From contig FLMG01002540.1 in the NCBI GenBank assembly GCA_900088475.1, forward strand, positions 62,001-126,000: 64,000 nt of DNA. The letters run 5' to 3'. This document shows, one piece after another, positions 61,699 to 64,000 of the stretch (within the stretch, counting starts at the first letter, position 1; every line of letters begins with the position of its first letter). A program made the translations under genes and the position numbers. Origin of the DNA: Hyphochytrium catenoides (taxonomy: Eukaryota; Protista; Hyphochytriomycota). The notes beneath the pieces are model-generated. The model was given only the letters and a program-made list of their open reading frames with translations, had not been told where the DNA came from and ran no database searches.

Positions 61699-64000
61699 AT
61701 GATAAGGAGTACCACTGACACATCATCTTCTTGGACATCAGCAGCTTCAGCAGTTGTTGACGATGACCGAAGCGGCGTCGAGCTTTCTGCGAATTCCTCC
61801 TACCTTAGTACTGAGGAGAGTAACAACAAGAGATTACATGGCAGTAGCAGTCGAAGCCTCGGAGGAGTGGGTCTTGCACCTAAGACTGCGAGCTTCGGAA
61901 CACTCTTGCATGTTCTAGACGGGAATGTCAACTTGCGCTCCCAGGTAGAAGCGGTGCTGGTCCTACGCTGGGCACTTCAGAGTGCTTACCAACCTGAGGT
62001 TGATATAGCGGAGATCCAACAAGAACCGCTCGGGAAGGAGAAAGATGAAGCTGGTCAGGAGCGCGGTGGTGCCACGCTGAGAGATAATAAGAGAAGGGGC
62101 CAAGCGGTGACAAGGTCCGCCGCCATGAAAAAGGGTAAACTGGCGCTAATCACTGAAAACAAAGGCATAGGACAAGGAAAGGGAGAACAGCAAGCGGCGC
62201 TCCAGCATGAGGAGGGCCACCACGCTGGAAAGGTTGAAGGCGGTGGACTCTGGCGTCAGCGCGGTCTCGCTGGAAAGAATCTACTGCAGAGAGTCATGAA
62301 TGACATCATAACTCAGAACGAAGACGCCTGCCTGTTATTGTGGGACGTCTGGCATTCAGGAATTCTTAGTTCGCTACCACTCGACGCATGGAGCCTTATA
62401 GCGGAATTTACTTTCGAGGGAAGCAATCAAGGCTTGCTCATGTCTCAACGGCTGGCTCAACTCCTAGGGCGTTACCTTCAATCCCAAAGCCTAGGCACCA
62501 CGGAAGAGGAAGACAGCAAGGTGCATGAAGAATTGGCCAGGATACGTTACAGAGCACCAATTCTGCCTGTGTCTCTATTTGCGACCGAAATGTCTCATGA
62601 CGATCCAGATGACGTCTGGTTCGTGCATGATCGGCTTTTGGGGATGGAACACTCAAGGAGGTACAAGAGTAGTGACGACGAAAGTGAACAGGAGAGTGAT
62701 GAAAGTGATGACGATTGCTGCTCTGACTGCGAGATCTGCTTCTGCAAGTGCCTAGAAAAGTTGCCAGGTATCTACACCTATCAAGGAGATGTTTGCCGGT
62801 GTCTTTTGCCGCTGCCACCTACTGGACTGAGTACTAAAGCTGCGACGAAGTGGACATCCCACAATCTCTGCTCGTCAGTCGAAAAGCCGTATATGACCAC
62901 TTTCCACCGAAGCACAGAAGTAAGCGGGGAACAGATTGTGGCGATGTGGTTGAATGCCCTTTTGTCAACGGTGGACGGGCTCCATGCGCGGTTCTTTCGA
63001 GGAGTGTGGACAGAGGGAGTGTCGGACATTTCGTTCGAAGTCTACGCCGCGACCATGGTGGGTTTCTACCTGTCACTGGGGTGGACTCAGCAGCTCAATG
63101 TATTCCCAGAGACCTGTCACAACCTGACGATTAGGTACTATAAGGAGTGCTGGGTTACCGCCCTACAGGAGAGCTCCCAACTCTTTACATGGTCTTTTCA
63201 TCATGGATCCGATGGCATGTACGACCAATGCTCCCTCTTTCAACAACTCTTGTTCAAGGCAGTCTTACGTATTTGCAAAGCTCACAAAACCTTATACACT
63301 CATACGTCCGAGGATAGTCTTCCTTGGAGGGTAGATGACGTACTGCAAGCTTTCTGGGATAATTTTGGTTCTAAGTCTATCCCTTCCTTGGACTCCGGCT
63401 CAAGAGCAGACCAGGCCGCTATACGTCTTCAAAGCTCACATAACCGCCCATTCTTCTTAGCCTCCTCCGCATGGGGCGATGAGGACAGCCTCCCTTTGTC
63501 GCTGTTGCGGGACTTTCTCTTTGCATGCCACCCCATGATGCTCCACAAAAACCTCTGTGTTGCTTTGAACAGCGCCGTCAGGGAGGAGATGTTCTCGAAA
63601 CCATCGCGAGAAAGTTTTGACCTACTTTTCCGTAAGATGGTTCAAAGAAACTGGTTACGATATCGAGCGGTTCCTCAGAAGCCGGTGCAGGAAGGAAGTG
63701 TAGTGGGTCCTAGCGACCCCCCGGAGCTCACGGTTGACGAAAAGGAAGCGGCTGACAGAACACGTTGGATAGCCAACAAGTTGGCTCTGGCGGAGTTCGA
63801 AAGTCGACTTGAGTGGGCCAGGATTAAGGTATATCCCGAACCCATGCAGCCATCTATCTCACGATCGGTGGCGAAGACCTTTGACTTGGTTTTGATCAAC
63901 GAGGATGACGATGGGATCTGTACAGTCAGAGATCAGTCACTGTTTGCCGGAGCGAGCGACAGTGTCATCCAGATAATCAGGTCGAAGAAGGATGCGCTGC
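61699..64000 (+). CDS. Long intronless ORF (>760 codons, no stop before the window end) with an F-box-like motif and a Cys cluster
   Basis: Manual translation of frame +1: TAG at 61675-61677, ATG at 61699, then no stop to 64000. Contains 'ILSSLPLDAWSLIAEF' (~62362-62409) and 'DDDCCSDCEICFCKC' (~62707-62751). Confidence 0.75.
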   Translation, partial: MIRSTTDTSSSWTSAASAVVDDDRSGVELSANSSYLSTEESNNKRLHGSSSRSLGGVGLAPKTASFGTLLHVLDGNVNLRSQVEAVLVLRWALQSAYQPEVDIAEIQQEPLGKEKDEAGQERGGATLRDNKRRGQAVTRSAAMKKGKLALITENKGIGQGKGEQQAALQHEEGHHAGKVEGGGLWRQRGLAGKNLLQRVMNDIITQNEDACLLLWDVWHSGILSSLPLDAWSLIAEFTFEGSNQGLLMSQRLAQLLGRYLQSQSLGTTEEEDSKVHEELARIRYRAPILPVSLFATEMSHDDPDDVWFVHDRLLGMEHSRRYKSSDDESEQESDESDDDCCSDCEICFCKCLEKLPGIYTYQGDVCRCLLPLPPTGLSTKAATKWTSHNLCSSVEKPYMTTFHRSTEVSGEQIVAMWLNALLSTVDGLHARFFRGVWTEGVSDISFEVYAATMVGFYLSLGWTQQLNVFPETCHNLTIRYYKECWVTALQESSQLFTWSFHHGSDGMYDQCSLFQQLLFKAVLRICKAHKTLYTHTSEDSLPWRVDDVLQAFWDNFGSKSIPSLDSGSRADQAAIRLQSSHNRPFFLASSAWGDEDSLPLSLLRDFLFACHPMMLHKNLCVALNSAVREEMFSKPSRESFDLLFRKMVQRNWLRYRAVPQKPVQEGSVVGPSDPPELTVDEKEAADRTRWIANKLALAEFESRLEWARIKVYPEPMQPSISRSVAKTFDLVLINEDDDGICTVRDQSLFAGASDSVIQIIRSKKDAL

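Noticed and set aside
1-64000. Most short entries in the ORF track as independent genes
   Set aside because: They are exon pieces running into introns or antisense shadows of real exons (e.g. 21194-21517, 25163-25498, 35599-36099, 38009-38266).

Overview
Eukaryotic nuclear DNA with many short GT-AG introns, so the ORF track mostly shows exon fragments and antisense shadows. It probably comes from a flagellated or centriole-bearing protist, and a SAR/stramenopile affinity is my inference from recalled family motifs. Positions 1-52 kb are a gene-dense, intron-rich block: Furry/Tao3 (partial), ZNHIT2, an AUG7/HAUS7-like gene, LIN9/ALY, an ARM-repeat protein, two hypothetical proteins, a PH + beta-trefoil-like + bacterial-type sphingomyelinase fusion, a Zn-dependent MDR dehydrogenase, an ECHDC1-like gene, an ABCB10/MDL1-like transporter and CEP135/Bld10, plus one decayed ORF. 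Positions 52-64 kb are different. They hold decayed ORF fragments, a ~165-bp inverted repeat, a small TIR element, an intronless 2x6-TM membrane protein and a >760-codon intronless ORF that runs off the window end and is absent from the ORF track. No rRNA, tRNA or CRISPR array was recognised. All identifications come from manual translation and remembered family motifs, not database searches. Exon boundaries are approximate. No single clear-cut new system is proven.
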